Source: Thermoplasmata archaeon (GTDB taxonomy: Archaea; Thermoplasmatota; E2; JACPAO01; JAHFTW01). Taken from it: 64,000 nt of DNA. Below the pieces are notes generated by a model. It worked only from the letters and a program-made list of their open reading frames with translations. It searched no databases and had not been told where the DNA came from. Location: assembly GCA_034667725.1 (NCBI GenBank), contig JAXDQS010000005.1, positions 127,228 to 191,227 on the forward strand, read 5' to 3'. This document shows, in pieces, positions 37,466 to 46,535 of this stretch (position 1 is its first letter; each line of letters opens with the position of its first letter). Both the position numbers and the translations under genes were made by a program.

Positions 37466-39742
37466 ATGGCGGAGCTGCTGTGGGTGCTGGCCGGGCTGGC
37501 CGCCCTGCTGGCCGCCACCGGCCTCCTGTGCCAGCGGCTGCGCCTGCCGCCCGCGCTCGGCTACCTCGTGGTCGGGATCGCGCTGCCGGCGGCGCTGCCC
37601 GGGCTGGGCGCCCTCGTCCAAGTGGACCTGCTGCGCGACGCCTCCCACGTGGCCGTCCTGGTCCTGCTCTACTTCATCGGCATGGAGCTGGACGTCCGCA
37701 CGCTGCGCCGCATCCTGGCCGAGACCCGCGTCGTGTCGGTGTTCGACCTCCTGGTTCCCGCCCTCGTGGTCGCGTCGCTCGCGCGCCTCTGGGGCTGGAC
37801 GCTGCTCCAGTCCATCGTGCTGGGCCTCAGCCTCGGCCTCAGCTCCACCATCTTCGGCGACCGCCTGTCCGCCGGCTCGCGCTTCCCGCCCGCGGCCCGC
37901 CACCGCATCTTCGGCGTGCTCCTCGCGGAGGACATCGTGGCCGGCGGCATCCTGGCCGTGCTGGCCGTGCTGGCGGGCGGGGTCGCCAACGGCGGCTGGA
38001 TCGCGCCGCTCCAGACCGTCGGCGTGCTCCTGGTCGGCATGGCGGTCCTCGCCGCCGTCGCGCTCCTGTTGGTGCCGCGCCTCCTGGACCGCATCGCCAC
38101 CACCCACATGCCGGAGCTGGTCGTGGTCGGCGCCCTCGCCATGCTGCTGGTGTTCGCGGCCGCCGGCGACTGGGTCGGCTCCGCCGAGCTGGGTGCCTTC
38201 CTCGCCGGCATGGCCGCCGCCGAGGCCGGCTCCCGCTTCGTCGTCCGCAACGCCCTGTCCGGCCTGCGCCACATCGCGCTCGCGGTGTTCTTCTTCGCCG
38301 CCGGCGTCGTCGTGGACCCCCGCCTCGTGCTGGAGCAAGGCCCGTTCGTCCTCTTGTGCATCCTCGCCGTCGCCGCCGCCAAGCTCGCCGTCCACGTGCC
38401 CGGCGGGCTTGCCGCCGGCCTCGGCCTCGCGGACGCCACCCGCGTCGGCGCGGCGCTGGCCACCGTCGGCGAGTTCGGCCTCATCCTGGTCGCCGCCGCC
38501 CAGGCCGGCGGGCTCGCGCACGACGCCCTCGGCGCCACCGTCGCCGGCACCATCGTCGGCCTGCTGCTGCTGGCGCCCGTGCTGATGCGCGCCGCCAACG
38601 TGCCCGCCCGCCTCGTCCAGCGGCTGCCGGCGCGCCTGCGCACCAGCCTGGAGGGCGGCGTCCAGTCGATGCGGCGGCTGCGCCGCAAGGGGACGCACGG
38701 CGCCGCCCGCCCCGCGGCCGGCGAGGGCTCGGTCGCGCGCGCCATCGCCACCGTCCTGCTGCTGGCGTTCCTGGGGGCCGCCGCCGCGTTCCTGCACCAG
38801 GAGGTCCTGGCCCGCTTCCCCGGCGTCGACGCCCTCTGGGCCGCGGTCGCGACCTACGGCGTCGCCCTCGCGCTCGCCACCCCCCTGCTGGTGCGCGCCC
38901 ACGCCCGCTACCGCAGCTTCCTCCAGGCGTTCTTCCAGGTGCGCGGCGACACCGCCGTCGTGTCCGCGACCGCCCGCTTCGGGATGCGCCTCGTCGACGC
39001 CCTGCTGCTGCTCACCGCCGCCCTGATCGCCGTCCTGGTGGCGCTCCTGATGTCCGCCTCGTGGGAGGTCGTGGCCGCCACCGCCGCCGTCGCGGTCGCC
39101 ATCGCCGCCTTCGCCGGCCGCCAGATGGCCCGCATGACCGGCGCATTGGAGACCAGCCTGGCGCGCGTGCTGGGCGCCGACGAGCAAGCCCAAGCCGTCC
39201 TGCTTGGCGAATCGCTTGCCCAATACGGCTGGGGCGTCGAGGCCGCCGCCGTCGCCATCGGCCCCCACTCCCGCTTCGTCGGCAAGAGCCTCGCCGACAC
39301 CCGCCTCGAAGCCTCCACCGGCGTCACCGTCGCCGTCCTCAAGCGCCGCGGCCACGAGTCCGTCAACCCCGACGGCACCGAGAAGCTGCGCGAGGCCGAC
39401 ACCTTGGTGCTCGTGGGCGAGCCGCAGCAGATCCGCCGCGCCGAGGCGCTTTTGGACGAAGGCGAAGGCATCCTGCGCCTCGCCGCCGAGACCCGCGCCG
39501 CCGTCGTGACCGAGATCACCGTCGAGACCCCGTTTCTGGGCCCCCGCCCGCACCTGGAGCCCGCCTCCGGCACCCGGATCCTCGGCTACGTCCCGACCGG
39601 CCAGCCGTCGCCGCGGCCCTGGCACCCCGGCCTGGTGCCGCAGCCCGGCGACCGCCTCATCGTCCTCGGCAGCCCGCTCCAGGTCGAGCGGCTGCGGGCG
39701 GCGATGCGCGAGTCCGCACCGGACGCGCCATCGCAATCCTGA
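37466..39742 (+). CDS. Cation:proton antiporter (CPA2) with C-terminal RCK_C/TrkA-C domain(s)
   Basis: LSSTI, 'LLAEDI', LGAFLAG, GEFG; C-terminal 'VGKSLADTRL...NPDG..L...DTLVLVG'. Confidence 0.88.
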   Translation: MAELLWVLAGLAALLAATGLLCQRLRLPPALGYLVVGIALPAALPGLGALVQVDLLRDASHVAVLVLLYFIGMELDVRTLRRILAETRVVSVFDLLVPALVVASLARLWGWTLLQSIVLGLSLGLSSTIFGDRLSAGSRFPPAARHRIFGVLLAEDIVAGGILAVLAVLAGGVANGGWIAPLQTVGVLLVGMAVLAAVALLLVPRLLDRIATTHMPELVVVGALAMLLVFAAAGDWVGSAELGAFLAGMAAAEAGSRFVVRNALSGLRHIALAVFFFAAGVVVDPRLVLEQGPFVLLCILAVAAAKLAVHVPGGLAAGLGLADATRVGAALATVGEFGLILVAAAQAGGLAHDALGATVAGTIVGLLLLAPVLMRAANVPARLVQRLPARLRTSLEGGVQSMRRLRRKGTHGAARPAAGEGSVARAIATVLLLAFLGAAAAFLHQEVLARFPGVDALWAAVATYGVALALATPLLVRAHARYRSFLQAFFQVRGDTAVVSATARFGMRLVDALLLLTAALIAVLVALLMSASWEVVAATAAVAVAIAAFAGRQMARMTGALETSLARVLGADEQAQAVLLGESLAQYGWGVEAAAVAIGPHSRFVGKSLADTRLEASTGVTVAVLKRRGHESVNPDGTEKLREADTLVLVGEPQQIRRAEALLDEGEGILRLAAETRAAVVTEITVETPFLGPRPHLEPASGTRILGYVPTGQPSPRPWHPGLVPQPGDRLIVLGSPLQVERLRAAMRESAPDAPSQS

Positions 39743-39799
39743 TTATTTTGTGAAGAAATTTTAAGAAAAGTATTTTGAGGCTGCAGGCGTGGCTCTGGC

Positions 39800-40396
39800 A
39801 TGGACTGGAACATGGTCGCCGCGCTCTCGGGCGTGGGAGCGGCCGTCATCGCCGCCGTCGCCTTCTGGGCGGAAGGCCGGCGGTCGCGCCAAGCCCTGCA
39901 GGTCGAGCAACTGACCCGCTTGGAGGATCGGTTCCAATCCGATAGCATGTTACGCGCCCGCGCCGCCGCCGGCCGCACGCTGCGGACCACCGCCAACGAC
40001 CCTGACGAAGTGCTGCTCGGCTTCTTCGAGGTGGCAGGCATGCTGCTACGGAAGCGGGCCCTCGACCCCCAGATGGCCTGGCATTCGTTCGAGCACTGGG
40101 TCGAGCGCTATTGGCTCGCCAGCGAGCCGTTCATCCAGGCTTGCCGCACCCGCGACCCCAACCTGTGGAGCGAGTTCCAGCACCTGCGCGAAGTGCTCAT
40201 GAAAATCGAGCGCAAGCGGCTTGGTCGTCAGCCCGCGCCCATCACCCCCCAGGAGCTTGCCGAGTTCCTGGCTGAAGAAGAGGCGCTGATGGCCCCGGTC
40301 CTTTCCATGGGCGACGATCCTCCGCCCACGCGTGGAGGGCCCAACGTCGAGCTTGTCCTTCCCCGCCCGAGGTTCGCCGCCCCGAAGTCCTCATAA
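39800..40396 (+). CDS. Hypothetical membrane-anchored protein (DUF4760-like)
   Basis: N-terminal TM; 'LGFFEVAGML.RK..LD...W..F..L' pattern. Confidence 0.6.
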   Translation: MDWNMVAALSGVGAAVIAAVAFWAEGRRSRQALQVEQLTRLEDRFQSDSMLRARAAAGRTLRTTANDPDEVLLGFFEVAGMLLRKRALDPQMAWHSFEHWVERYWLASEPFIQACRTRDPNLWSEFQHLREVLMKIERKRLGRQPAPITPQELAEFLAEEEALMAPVLSMGDDPPPTRGGPNVELVLPRPRFAAPKSS

Positions 40397-40421
40397 CCCC
40401 CGCCCCTGTCGGAAGGCTGCA

Positions 40422-40673
40422 ATGGAGCCGACCCCTGCCCCGAAGGGCTTCGTGGACAACGCCTGGGAGGTCCAGCACCGCCTTGAGCGCCGCTGGGACG
40501 GCCTCGGCAAAGGCCGCATCGCCCGCGTCCTCAAGATGGCCCGCAAGCCCGAGCCCGAAGAGCTCCGGCAATCGGCCTTCATCGTCCTCGTCGGCATCGC
40601 CATCATCGGCGCCTTGGGCTTCTTCACCTACCTGCTCATGAGCGCGCTGGTGCAGGCGATTCGGCCGATCTGA
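40422..40673 (+). CDS. secE: Protein translocase SecE / Sec61 gamma
   Basis: 'RVLKMARKPEPEEL' followed by a single TM 'GIAIIGALGF'. Confidence 0.92.
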   Translation: MEPTPAPKGFVDNAWEVQHRLERRWDGLGKGRIARVLKMARKPEPEELRQSAFIVLVGIAIIGALGFFTYLLMSALVQAIRPI

Positions 40674-40711
40674 AGCGGGATCCCGCGCAGGAACCCTTCC
40701 GCCCCTGCCGT

Positions 40712-40862
40712 CGCGGGCCACGACTGGACACAGATTCCACAGAGTCTGTGGGAATCTTCCGAATCTGTGCAAATCAGTGCTCGTCGCGGAGCCGCCGACT
40801 GGACACAGATTCCACAGACCTTCTGTGGGAATCTTCCGAATCCGTGAAATCGGTGCCCGTCG
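40712..40862. repeat. Repeat family A, array 3: two units, inverted near-identical copy of array 2
   Basis: 40721-40818 is the reverse complement of ~28490-28588 apart from one 1-nt indel. Confidence 0.93.
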
Positions 40863-40865
40863 CAG

Positions 40866-41687
40866 CTAACGTCCCTGCACGCTGGACTTGTACACCCGGT
40901 AGCTCAGGAAGCCGAACACCAAGGCCCCCAGCGCCGCCGTCCCCATCACGATGCCGATCTCCGGCCACGGGTAGTGCTCCACCATCGCGGTCTTGGCCTC
41001 GTTGGGGATGCCGATCATCAGTTCGCGCAGGCTCCGGACCAGGTAGTCCACCGGGTTGAGGTCGATGACCGTCAGGAGCCAGTCCTTGTCGATGAGGCCG
41101 CGCGCCTGGAACGCCGTGCTCAGGAACATGAGGACGAAGAACAGGGGGAACGCGGACTGGGTGGCCTGGTCGCTCTTGGTCTTCATCGCGAGCGCCATCA
41201 CGCCGAGGCCGTCAACACACGCGGAGAACACGGTGGCGATGACGATCATCAGCAGGGCGCCCACGATGCCGGACTTCACCGAGGCGCCGAGCATCAGCGC
41301 GATGGAAAGCACGAAGGCGCCTTGCAGGGCGACGCGGGTCATTTCGGCCATCATGCGCGCCACCAGGACCTGCCAGGGGCGGGCGGGGGTGGTGCGGAGC
41401 TTGTCGAAGTAGCCGGTGCGCAGGTCCACGATCAAGGCGGCGCTGGAGTTGGCCATGCCGACGAAGATGGTGAACAGGATGACGGCCGGCACGATGTAGG
41501 ACTCGTACTTGACGCCCGGGTTGTCCTCTTGGAAGCCGGGGCTGTTGGCGATGCCGGAGAACAGGTTGCCGAACAGCAGCAGCTGGATGATCGGCATGAC
41601 GACGCCGAAGACCAGCACGACGGGGATGCGCGGGAACTGCCGGATGTTGCGCATGTACATCAGGCCGAGGTTGCGGACGGCGCTCAT
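40866..41687 (-). CDS. ABC-2 type exporter permease
   Basis: Six TM segments, 'YIVPAV', 'GYFDKLRTTP', 'LNPVDY'. Confidence 0.9.
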   Translation of the reverse strand: MSAVRNLGLMYMRNIRQFPRIPVVLVFGVVMPIIQLLLFGNLFSGIANSPGFQEDNPGVKYESYIVPAVILFTIFVGMANSSAALIVDLRTGYFDKLRTTPARPWQVLVARMMAEMTRVALQGAFVLSIALMLGASVKSGIVGALLMIVIATVFSACVDGLGVMALAMKTKSDQATQSAFPLFFVLMFLSTAFQARGLIDKDWLLTVIDLNPVDYLVRSLRELMIGIPNEAKTAMVEHYPWPEIGIVMGTAALGALVFGFLSYRVYKSSVQGR

Positions 41688-42658
41688 GCGGCCACCTCGG
41701 GCTTGGTGGCGGCCTCGTCGAAGCGGGCGCCGGTGAACTTCAAAAACGCGTCCTCCAGCGTCGGGGTCACGACCTTGGTCTCGCGGATGGCGACCCCTTG
41801 CTCGGTGACGAGGCGCAGGGCGGGCACGAGGGCGCGGGCGCCGTCTTTGACGCGGATGTCGAGGTGCTCGCCCTTGTGGGTGATGTTCTGGGGGCCGAAC
41901 ACGCGCTGGAGGCTCGCCCAGGCCGGCGGGGCGATGCCGTTGGCCAAGGTGACGCGAACAGTGTCGCTGCCGACGGCGCGCTTGAGGTTGGTGGGCGTGT
42001 CGATGGCGGCGATGACGCCCTTGTTGACGATGGCGATGCGGTCGCACAGCGCGTCCGCCTCGTCCATGTAATGCGTCGAGAGCATGATGGTCATGCCGCG
42101 CTCGTCCCGCAGCTTCCGCAGCACGGCCCAGAGGGTGCTGCGCGACTTGGGGTCCAGGCCGGTCGACGGCTCGTCCAGGAACAGCACCTCGGGCTCGTGG
42201 ATCAGGGTCACGGCCAGGTCGAGGCGGCGCTGCATGCCGCCGGAGAAGCGGGTGACGCGACGGTCGCCGTGCTCCACCAGGTCGAAGGTCTGCAGCAGCG
42301 TCTCGCCCTTGGCCTTGGCCTCGCGGCCGGACATGCCGTAGAGCTTGCCGTGCAGCGCCAGCATCTCGCGGGCGGTGGCCAGGTCGTCCATGCCGACCTC
42401 CTGCATGGCGAACCCGATGCGCTGCTTGACGGCGCCGGCGTCGTGGCGCACGTCGAGGCCCAGCACCTTGGCGTCGCCGCCGGTGGCTTCCTGGAGCGTG
42501 CCGAGGATGCGCATCGTCGAGGTCTTGCCGGCGCCGTTGGGGCCGAGGAAGCCGAAGATCTCGCCGCGGCGGACGTTGAAGGTGATGCCCTTGACGGCCT
42601 CGGTGCCATCGGGGTAGGTCTTGCGCAGGTCGCGGACCTGGATGACGGGCTCGGCCAC
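41684..42658 (-). CDS. ABC exporter ATP-binding protein (DrrA-like)
   Basis: GPNGAGKT, FSGGMQRR, LDEPSTGLDP, STHYMDEA, PTLEDAF. Confidence 0.93.
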   Translation of the reverse strand: MAEPVIQVRDLRKTYPDGTEAVKGITFNVRRGEIFGFLGPNGAGKTSTMRILGTLQEATGGDAKVLGLDVRHDAGAVKQRIGFAMQEVGMDDLATAREMLALHGKLYGMSGREAKAKGETLLQTFDLVEHGDRRVTRFSGGMQRRLDLAVTLIHEPEVLFLDEPSTGLDPKSRSTLWAVLRKLRDERGMTIMLSTHYMDEADALCDRIAIVNKGVIAAIDTPTNLKRAVGSDTVRVTLANGIAPPAWASLQRVFGPQNITHKGEHLDIRVKDGARALVPALRLVTEQGVAIRETKVVTPTLEDAFLKFTGARFDEAATKPEVAA

Positions 42659-42764
42659 GCGGCGGCGACACAGGGCTTTGCTTTCAAGCTGTTGAATAGA
42701 GATTGACATGTCTCGTTCCGGTCCTTCCCCAAGCTCCAAGAGGCAGGGCCGAAGTGGGCACACC

Positions 42765-44072
42765 GTGGCCTTCGACCTGGCGCGCGTCCGGTCTGACTTC
42801 CCCATCACGCGGCGGACCCTGCGCACCCGCGACGGCGCCGACCGCCCCCTGGTCTACCTCGACCACGGCGTCACCACCCACCCGCCCCAGGAGGTCCTCG
42901 ACCAGGTGGTGGCGTTCTGCTCCTCCTCCCACGGCGCCGTCCCCCGGGGCAGCCACACCCTGTCCCGCGAGTCGAGCGACGCCTTCGACGACGCTACCCG
43001 TGAGCTGGCCCGCTTCGTCGGCGCCGACCCCGCCACCCAGCCGGTCCTCCTTGGCCAGAGCACCACCCAGATGCTCGACCTCGCCGCGCACCTGGTGGCC
43101 CACCGCCCGGGCGTCACGCTCACGACGCTCGCCGAGCACCACAGCAACGACCTGCCGCACCGCAAGCACGGCCCCGTGGTCCACGCCGCCATCGACGACG
43201 ACGGCCGCCTCGACCTGGACGACGTCGAACGGAAGCTCCAGCAGCACCAGGTCAAGCTGTTCGCCGTCACCGGCGCCGGCAACGTCACCGGCCTCCAGCC
43301 CGACCTGCCGCGCCTGGCCCGCCTCGCCCACGACGCCGGCGCCCTCATCCTGGCCGACGCCGCCCAGCTGCTGGCCCATGCCCCCATCGACGTCAAGCCC
43401 GCCGGCCACCCCGAGCACATCGACCTCCTCGCCGGGGTCGCCCACAAGTGCTACGCGCCGTTCGGCTCCGCCATGCTCGCGGCCCCCGTCGAGCTCACCG
43501 ACGAAGCCCCGCCCTACCTGCCCGGCGGCGGCACCGTGCAATGGGTGGACGAAGGCGGCGCCCAGTTCAAGCTCGGCCGCGACCGCCACATGGGCGGCAC
43601 CCCGCACACCGTCGGCGCCGTCGCGTTCGCCGCCGCCACCCGCTACCTCTCCCGCCTCGGCATGGCGGAGGTGCAGGCCCACGAGGCCCGCCTCACCCGC
43701 CAAGCCCTGCGCCGCTTCGAGGAGCTGGAGGCCGACCATGGCGTCCGCGTGCTCGGCCCAAGCGGCGCCGGGACCCGCAAGCTCGGCGTCTTCACCTTCC
43801 TCGTCCCCGGCCGCGAGCCCGCCGAGGTCGCCGCCCAGCTCGACCAGGACCACGCCATCGCGGTGCGCAACGGCTCGTTCTGCGCCCACCCGATCCTGAA
43901 CCGCCTCATGGGCCGCCCCGGTGGCTCCCCCAACCCCGCCGCCACCCGCGCGACCTTCGGCGTGTTCAACACCCAGGCCGAAGTCGACCTGATGGCCGAC
44001 GCCGTGGCCGAGGTGGCCCGGCAGGCGAAGGCGGGCGTGCCGCTCGCGGCCACGGGGGCGAAGCCATGCTGA
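42765..44072 (+). CDS. Class V PLP aminotransferase, cysteine desulfurase (SufS-like)
   Basis: VYLDHG.TT, EHHSN.LP, DAAQ, AHK (PLP Lys), GTP, RNGSFCAHP (catalytic Cys). Confidence 0.88.
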   Translation: MAFDLARVRSDFPITRRTLRTRDGADRPLVYLDHGVTTHPPQEVLDQVVAFCSSSHGAVPRGSHTLSRESSDAFDDATRELARFVGADPATQPVLLGQSTTQMLDLAAHLVAHRPGVTLTTLAEHHSNDLPHRKHGPVVHAAIDDDGRLDLDDVERKLQQHQVKLFAVTGAGNVTGLQPDLPRLARLAHDAGALILADAAQLLAHAPIDVKPAGHPEHIDLLAGVAHKCYAPFGSAMLAAPVELTDEAPPYLPGGGTVQWVDEGGAQFKLGRDRHMGGTPHTVGAVAFAAATRYLSRLGMAEVQAHEARLTRQALRRFEELEADHGVRVLGPSGAGTRKLGVFTFLVPGREPAEVAAQLDQDHAIAVRNGSFCAHPILNRLMGRPGGSPNPAATRATFGVFNTQAEVDLMADAVAEVARQAKAGVPLAATGAKPC

Positions 44073-44608
44073 ACCCCATGCGCCTCCGCCTCGGGCTTGC
44101 CGTGGCGGCCACCGTGCTGATGGCGGTGGCCGAAGCGGGCTCCTGGCTAGTGCGCCCGCCCGGCCTGCACGTCTGGTGGGCGTCGTGGGCGATCCCCGCC
44201 TCCGCCCTCGGCGCCACGGCCGCGCTGCTGCGCCGCCGCGACTGGGCGACCCTCGCCACCGTCCTGGCCTTCACGCTGCTGGCCATCGACAACGCCCTCA
44301 TCGCGTCCGGCGTGTTCCTGTTCGCAGGCTGGAACTCGGTCTACCTCTACGCCGTGCTCGCCGCCGCCCTCGCGCTCGGGCTGCAAGGCGCAACCCAACG
44401 GGGAACCGCGCGGGCCGCCGCATGGGCGCTGGCCGTGGCGCCGCTCGTGCTCGCCGTGCTGCTGCAACTGCCGCCCGACGGCCTCGCCGAGGCCCGCCGC
44501 GCCGCCACCAACGCCACCTGGGTGGGCCTGCCCGCCTGGCTTGCCGTCGAGGCCTGGTGCGCCCGTCGCGTCCAGGAAGGTCCAGCCGCCTCCGCCCAAT
44601 CGCTTTAA
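44066..44608 (+). CDS. Hypothetical multi-pass membrane protein
   Basis: About six hydrophobic segments; overlaps the upstream stop. Confidence 0.6.
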   Translation: MLNPMRLRLGLAVAATVLMAVAEAGSWLVRPPGLHVWWASWAIPASALGATAALLRRRDWATLATVLAFTLLAIDNALIASGVFLFAGWNSVYLYAVLAAALALGLQGATQRGTARAAAWALAVAPLVLAVLLQLPPDGLAEARRAATNATWVGLPAWLAVEAWCARRVQEGPAASAQSL

Positions 44609-44632
44609 CGCGAACCGGGCCTGCGCGCGACC

Positions 44633-45988
44633 GTGTTCAAAGGGCTGCGCGACCGCCTGAAGGGCGTCTCCAAGAAGCTGGAGGACGAGGTCGAGAAGCA
44701 GCTCGGCGACAAGTTGGAGGCGGAACTGCAGGCCGCGATGACCAAGCCGGCCCCGCCGCCACCTCCGCCCACGCCGCCAGCTCCCGCGCCGCTGGCGCCG
44801 ACGCCGCCACCCGCGCCCGTGCCCAAGCCGGAGCCGGTCGCGCCCGCGCCGCCTCCAGTCGCGGCGCCCGTCGTCGCGCCTCCGGTCGAACGCCCCCCTC
44901 CGCCGCCCGCGCCGACGCCAGTGGCCGCCCCCGTCCCCGCCCCCGTCCTCCCGGCCCCGCCGAAGACCGAGGCCCGCACCGGCGGCCGCAAGCTGCTGTC
45001 CGAAAGCGAGATCGAGGCCCGCCTGATTCGGGAGCTAGGCGAGGCCGTCGAGGTCCAGAAGTCGGTCGAGGAGGTCGTCCAGCAGGAGGCGCCCGCCGCC
45101 ACCCGCTTCACCATCAACGAGTCGGTGCTGGAGGACATCCTCTGGGACCTGGAGGTCGGCCTCTTGGAGTCCGACGTCGCCCTGCCCGTCATCGAGGCCA
45201 TCAAGGCCAACGTCAAGGAGCAACTGCTGACGCTGTCGGTCGGCGGCAAGCGGCCCGAGGAGATCGTCGAGAAGGTGCTCCGGACCGCCATCAAGCGCGT
45301 TCTGCAGGTCAACCCGCTCGACTTCGACGTCTTCGTGCGCGAACGCATCGCGTCGGGCAAGAAGCCGGTCGTCGTGATGTTCGTCGGCGTCAACGGCACC
45401 GGCAAGACCACCAGCATCGGCCGCATCGCCCACCGCCTCAAGGAGCAGGGCGTCTCGGTCTGCATGGCCGCGGGCGACACCTTCCGCGCCGGCGCCATCG
45501 AGCAGTTGGCCCTCCACGGCGAACGCCTCGGCGTCACCGTCATCAAGCACAAGGCCGGCGCCGACCCCGCCGCCGTCGCCTACGACGCCATCGAGCACGC
45601 CAAGGCCCGCAACAAGGCCGTCGTCCTGCTGGACACCGCCGGCCGGATGCAGAACAACTCCAACCTGATGGACGAGATGGACAAGATTCGCCGCGTCGCC
45701 AACCCCGACCTGTGCGTGTTCGTGGGCGACTCCTTGGCCGGCAACGACGCCGTCGAGCAGGCCCGCAAGTTCGACGAGGTCGTGGACATCGGCGGCGTCA
45801 TCCTGACCAAGGTGGACGTGGACGCCAAGGGCGGCGCCGCGCTCTCGGTCGCCTACACCATCAACAAGCCGCTGTTGTTCGTCGGCGTCGGCCAGAACTA
45901 CCCCGACCTGAAGCCGTTCGACGCGGACTGGATGGTGGACCGGCTGTTCGGGGGAGAAGCCGAGACCGAGGCCGTCGCCTCGACGTAG
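44633..45988 (+). CDS. ftsY: Signal recognition particle receptor FtsY
   Basis: LLESDV, GVNGTGKTT, DTFRAGA, DTAGR, TKVD, GGAA, GQ.Y.DL; TTTAA at 44604-44608. Confidence 0.96.
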   Translation: MFKGLRDRLKGVSKKLEDEVEKQLGDKLEAELQAAMTKPAPPPPPPTPPAPAPLAPTPPPAPVPKPEPVAPAPPPVAAPVVAPPVERPPPPPAPTPVAAPVPAPVLPAPPKTEARTGGRKLLSESEIEARLIRELGEAVEVQKSVEEVVQQEAPAATRFTINESVLEDILWDLEVGLLESDVALPVIEAIKANVKEQLLTLSVGGKRPEEIVEKVLRTAIKRVLQVNPLDFDVFVRERIASGKKPVVVMFVGVNGTGKTTSIGRIAHRLKEQGVSVCMAAGDTFRAGAIEQLALHGERLGVTVIKHKAGADPAAVAYDAIEHAKARNKAVVLLDTAGRMQNNSNLMDEMDKIRRVANPDLCVFVGDSLAGNDAVEQARKFDEVVDIGGVILTKVDVDAKGGAALSVAYTINKPLLFVGVGQNYPDLKPFDADWMVDRLFGGEAETEAVAST

Positions 45989-46051
45989 GAGGGGCGGTTC
46001 GGCGGCTTTCGAGAGAATCAGGTCTAGGCGGAGCCAGCGTGATGCACCCAT

Positions 46052-46415
46052 CTACGCGCAAACGAGATAGGCGCCGCTTCCATCCGTGACGAAGCAGATG
46101 GCAAACCCGTTCACATCTGTCTCAAAAAGACGCAGGTGCGGCTTCCAAAAGCGGTCGTATGACAGACGCGGCTTGCGGCCGCACAAGTGGTTGCGGTTCC
46201 AGTGGCATCCGTGTCCGTCCCACCGAGGTCGGGTTGTTTCCGACGACTGCACAAATCGTCCAATCTCCTCCGACCACGGTTTCAAAAACGCAGGTCCGCG
46301 TGGGGGTGACATCCACGCAAACGTCCCCGTTCAGTGCACATGCGGCATTCGCGGGTTGACTCGACAGAACGGCGGCCAGCAATGCGCTGATAAAAAACAT
46401 GGTCTTCAGATTCAT
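46052..46415 (-). pseudogene. Secreted Cys-rich 'CVFET' tandem-repeat peptide interrupted by two apparent frameshifts (pseudogene or sequence error)
   Basis: Correcting the G run at ~46219-46221 and the T run at 46124-46128 joins three frames into one ORF with two RTCVFET repeats ending at TAG 46052. Confidence 0.6.
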
Positions 46416-46535
46416 TGCAGGCTAGATGGCGATTCTTTTTGTCTTGAAATATTTTTTCTCCTTGCGGCCCAGCTTCCGCGATGCGACTCTACAAGGCTTA
46501 AAGCCAAAAGCATCGTGGAGCGACCCGGTACGCCG

